From the NCBI GenBank assembly GCA_013239625.1, contig MU053881.1, forward strand, positions 1,426,001-1,490,000: a stretch of 64,000 bases of DNA. The letters are read 5' to 3'. Below the pieces are notes generated by a model, which saw only the letters and a list, made by a program, of their open reading frames with translations, did not search any database and was not told where the DNA came from. Both the position numbers and the translations under genes were made by a program. Origin of the DNA: Lama guanicoe. Taxonomy: Eukaryota. Position 1 is the first letter of the stretch. The number at the start of each line of letters is the position of its first letter. Shown here piece by piece: positions 61,378 to 64,000 of this stretch.

Positions 61378-63449
61378 GGGTGATAAATGTGCTTACAGCC
61401 CCTGGGAACGCACCACCCCCTGCCCACAGCTTTGTAAATTTCTTTATTAAACTCTCCTCCAACTGCCCCTGAAGAGGGCTTTTTGTTTCTTACCAGGGGC
61501 CTGAACTGACACATAAAGACCTGGGTGTTTTTCTGGTGACCTGATGCAGCTGGCTGCTGGAGTAGATGGTTTTTCAGGACCACCTCGTGAGTGCACGGAG
61601 CTGATAGTCTGAGGAGGCTGCTCAGGCGGTCTGGTTAGGTCTTCACAGGCGCTCAGTGTGGAAGGAGGACGTGGGCCGGCTGCAGTGTCGGGCAGCCCGG
61701 AACCTGTGAAAGCATAGGCTTTGTGGGTGTGAGGAGGGGCTCCCGAGGCTCCCCAGGCACCCACGGCAGACCTCAGACCGGCTCCCCGGCAGGGGTTTTG
61801 GATGGGGAGGCTGTTCCTTGGGGTCCCAGAGCCTGGGAGGGGAGCAGGAGCCAGGGCAGAGGATGGCCACTCGGGACAGGAGGTGTCCAGGTCCAGCGTT
61901 CTGAGGGAGATGTGAGAACCCAGACAACTACAGGCGGTGGGGACCCAGGAACCCAGGGGACGTTTCTGGGCTTCCTGCCAAGCAGGGTGCTTCTGCAGCG
62001 TGAGCCAGAGCCGGCCACTTCCCCGATGGCTCGTCTTTGATCCACAGTCCAGTCTCTGGCCCCCTCTGTTTTGCTTCTCTGTGTTCTTTCCCGCCCTCTG
62101 GTCTATTCATGAGCTAAGGTTTAGACCTTCCCCATCTTCTCGCCGGCATCCTTGGCTGCTCCATGCTCAGGGCTCAGTCTGGCTTCTGGATTGCAGGTGG
62201 GCTCAGCCTGGGCGAGGAGCCGGTGCCTTCACAGCCCGGGGGTGCTGCCCAGCTCTGTGGTTTGGGATGATTCTTCCAGGCAGTCTCTAGAGCAAAGAAG
62301 ACAGCATTGATCAGTGGGCTGGGTCTGCAGGGATGCATAATTGCAGGAGCCCAGGCCCGCTCGGCCGACCCGCGGACAATGGCTCCCGCTGGAGAAGGAT
62401 TCAGGGGCAGAGAGGGTGAGGCCAAGTGGGAGCCAAGAGCTCGCTAGTGGCTGACCCAGAGGAGGAGGGCACAGGGCCCGGACTGTCAGCTCAAGGCAAG
62501 CTGCGGTCCCGAGGAGGGGCCCGAGGAAGGGCCAGGCCTTGATCAGCCGGGACTCTCTGGTAATTTACGGGTGTGGCCCCACAGCTGCCCTGCGCTTGTC
62601 AGGCAGGGGTCTGCACGCCGACCCTCCCGTCTCTGGACGTGGAGGGGACGAAGTCCTTGGAATGTGAAGGCCAGAGTTTTAAAGCAATTCAGCTGCCTGG
62701 AGTGACCTATTTGCACTGTTAGACCAACTCGGGGGAAAAGCATTTTTAAAGAAACGGCCTGTATTAGGGTGATCGCTCTAAGGAAGCCCAGCGAGAGGAG
62801 ACGCCCAAGAAAGATAAGACGAAACTACGTGAGCGCGACGGAGCCCCTCCGGGCGCCGCGCGGTCAGCTGTCTGGATGGGAACCTCGTAGCCTGTCCTGC
62901 TTCTAAGCCTGGAAGGTCCTACCCACTCTAGGAGGGACGTCCCCTCTCCCCCCACAAGCCAGTCTGCTTCTCACCGGTTTCCACCCCCGTGCCCCGGAGA
63001 TGGGCGGCTTGACCACTCTGTCGACTGACAGGGGCTCTCTGGGGAGGACAATGGACGGCAGGGCCCCCCGGGTCCGTCAGGGATGCTGCCGGACAGCAGC
63101 GCCGGCCCCGGCTGCCCACCGTGCACTGGGCCGCCCCGAGGGCGCATGGCTGGGGCCTTCCTCCAGGTCCCGGGTGCCGAGTGCCCCATCTCCTGCTTTT
63201 CCCCAAGACCTACTCCTGGAGCTGACATACCTTCAGAATTTGGGTTTGAGTCTCCAGCACGCGTGTGCAGAATGTGTAGAATGTGATGGGGCTTATAAAA
63301 CCAGATCTCGAAGGAAGGCTATGAATACTGCCCAGGCAGACTAGGTGGGGACCCGGGAGGAATGGACAGGAGGTGAACGGGGGGGAGCCTACTCCTGGGC
63401 AGTGTCCTTGAGTTAACAGGGGCCTTTCTGATCGTGTTCAAGCTGAGAA

Positions 63450-63995
63450 TTTGTCTGCTTCTGGGCATGTACTCCAAAGACTTGAAAGCAGGGACTCGAA
63501 CTTGTACACCCACGTTCACAGCAGCATTATGCACAACAGCCAAAAGATGGAAACAAGCCCAAGTGTCCACTGAGGGCTGAGTGGATAAGCAAGAGGTGGT
63601 CCATCCACACAATGAATATTATTTAGCCTTGAAAAGGAAGGGAATTCTGACACATGCCACTGCACGATGAACCTTGAAAACATTAAACTAAGTGAAATGA
63701 GCCAGTCACCAGAGGACAAATATTGTATGATTCCACTCATGAGGTGCCTAGAGTAGTCAGATTCACAGGGTCAGAAAGCAGAGGGATGGTCCCCAAGGGC
63801 TGGGGAGGGGTGGGGAATGGGGAGCTGTTATTTAATAGGGGCAGAGTTTCCATTTCGCAAGATGAAAAACTTCTGGGTGGTGGTGGTGGTGGCACAATGG
63901 TGTAAATATACTTAATGTCACTGAACTGTGCACTTAAAAATGGTGAGAATGGTCAATTTCATGTCCTGTATATTTTGCCCCAATAAAAAAATTCT
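63450..63995 (+). mobile_element. L1MB-type 3' end
   Basis: TTCACAGCAGCATTATGCACAACAGCCAAAAGATGG...CACTTAAAAATGGT...AATAAAAAA. Confidence 0.9.
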
Positions 63996-64000
63996 TTTTA

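Noticed and set aside
1..64000. Assignment to a named gene or chromosome locus
   Set aside because: No exon or landmark that I can recognise; a BLAT search of the unique islands would be needed.

Overview
Mammalian genomic DNA, GC-rich, most likely a camelid (llama, alpaca or camel). The evidence for this is several Vic-1-type tRNA-derived SINEs and artiodactyl-type L1 3' ends. I find no protein-coding exon, RNA gene or CRISPR array that I can support; the long ORFs are GC-rich or repeat-derived noise. The window looks intergenic or deep-intronic and is largely transposon fossils: ancient L2, MIR, L1M, MaLR/ERVL LTRs and hAT MITEs, overlaid by younger lineage-specific L1 and SINE insertions with visible target-site duplications (TSDs). 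Between these are short unique islands with enhancer-like or CTCF motifs. The most interesting object is a ~317-bp TSD-flanked mini-L1 (1707-2023, minus), in which the first ~150 nt of an L1 5'UTR are joined to the last ~165 nt of the L1 3'UTR just after an AG. It looks like a spliced, retrotransposed L1 RNA and could be a non-autonomous SINE-like family. Other oddities are a TSD-flanked L1 lacking its normal 3' end, an ancient TSD-flanked L1 missing most of ORF2, AP-1/ARE/MARE motifs recurring at one homologous L1 position, and locally GC/CpG-shifted old L1 sequence. Repeat family names come from recalled consensus similarity, not a database search, and boundaries of old elements are approximate.
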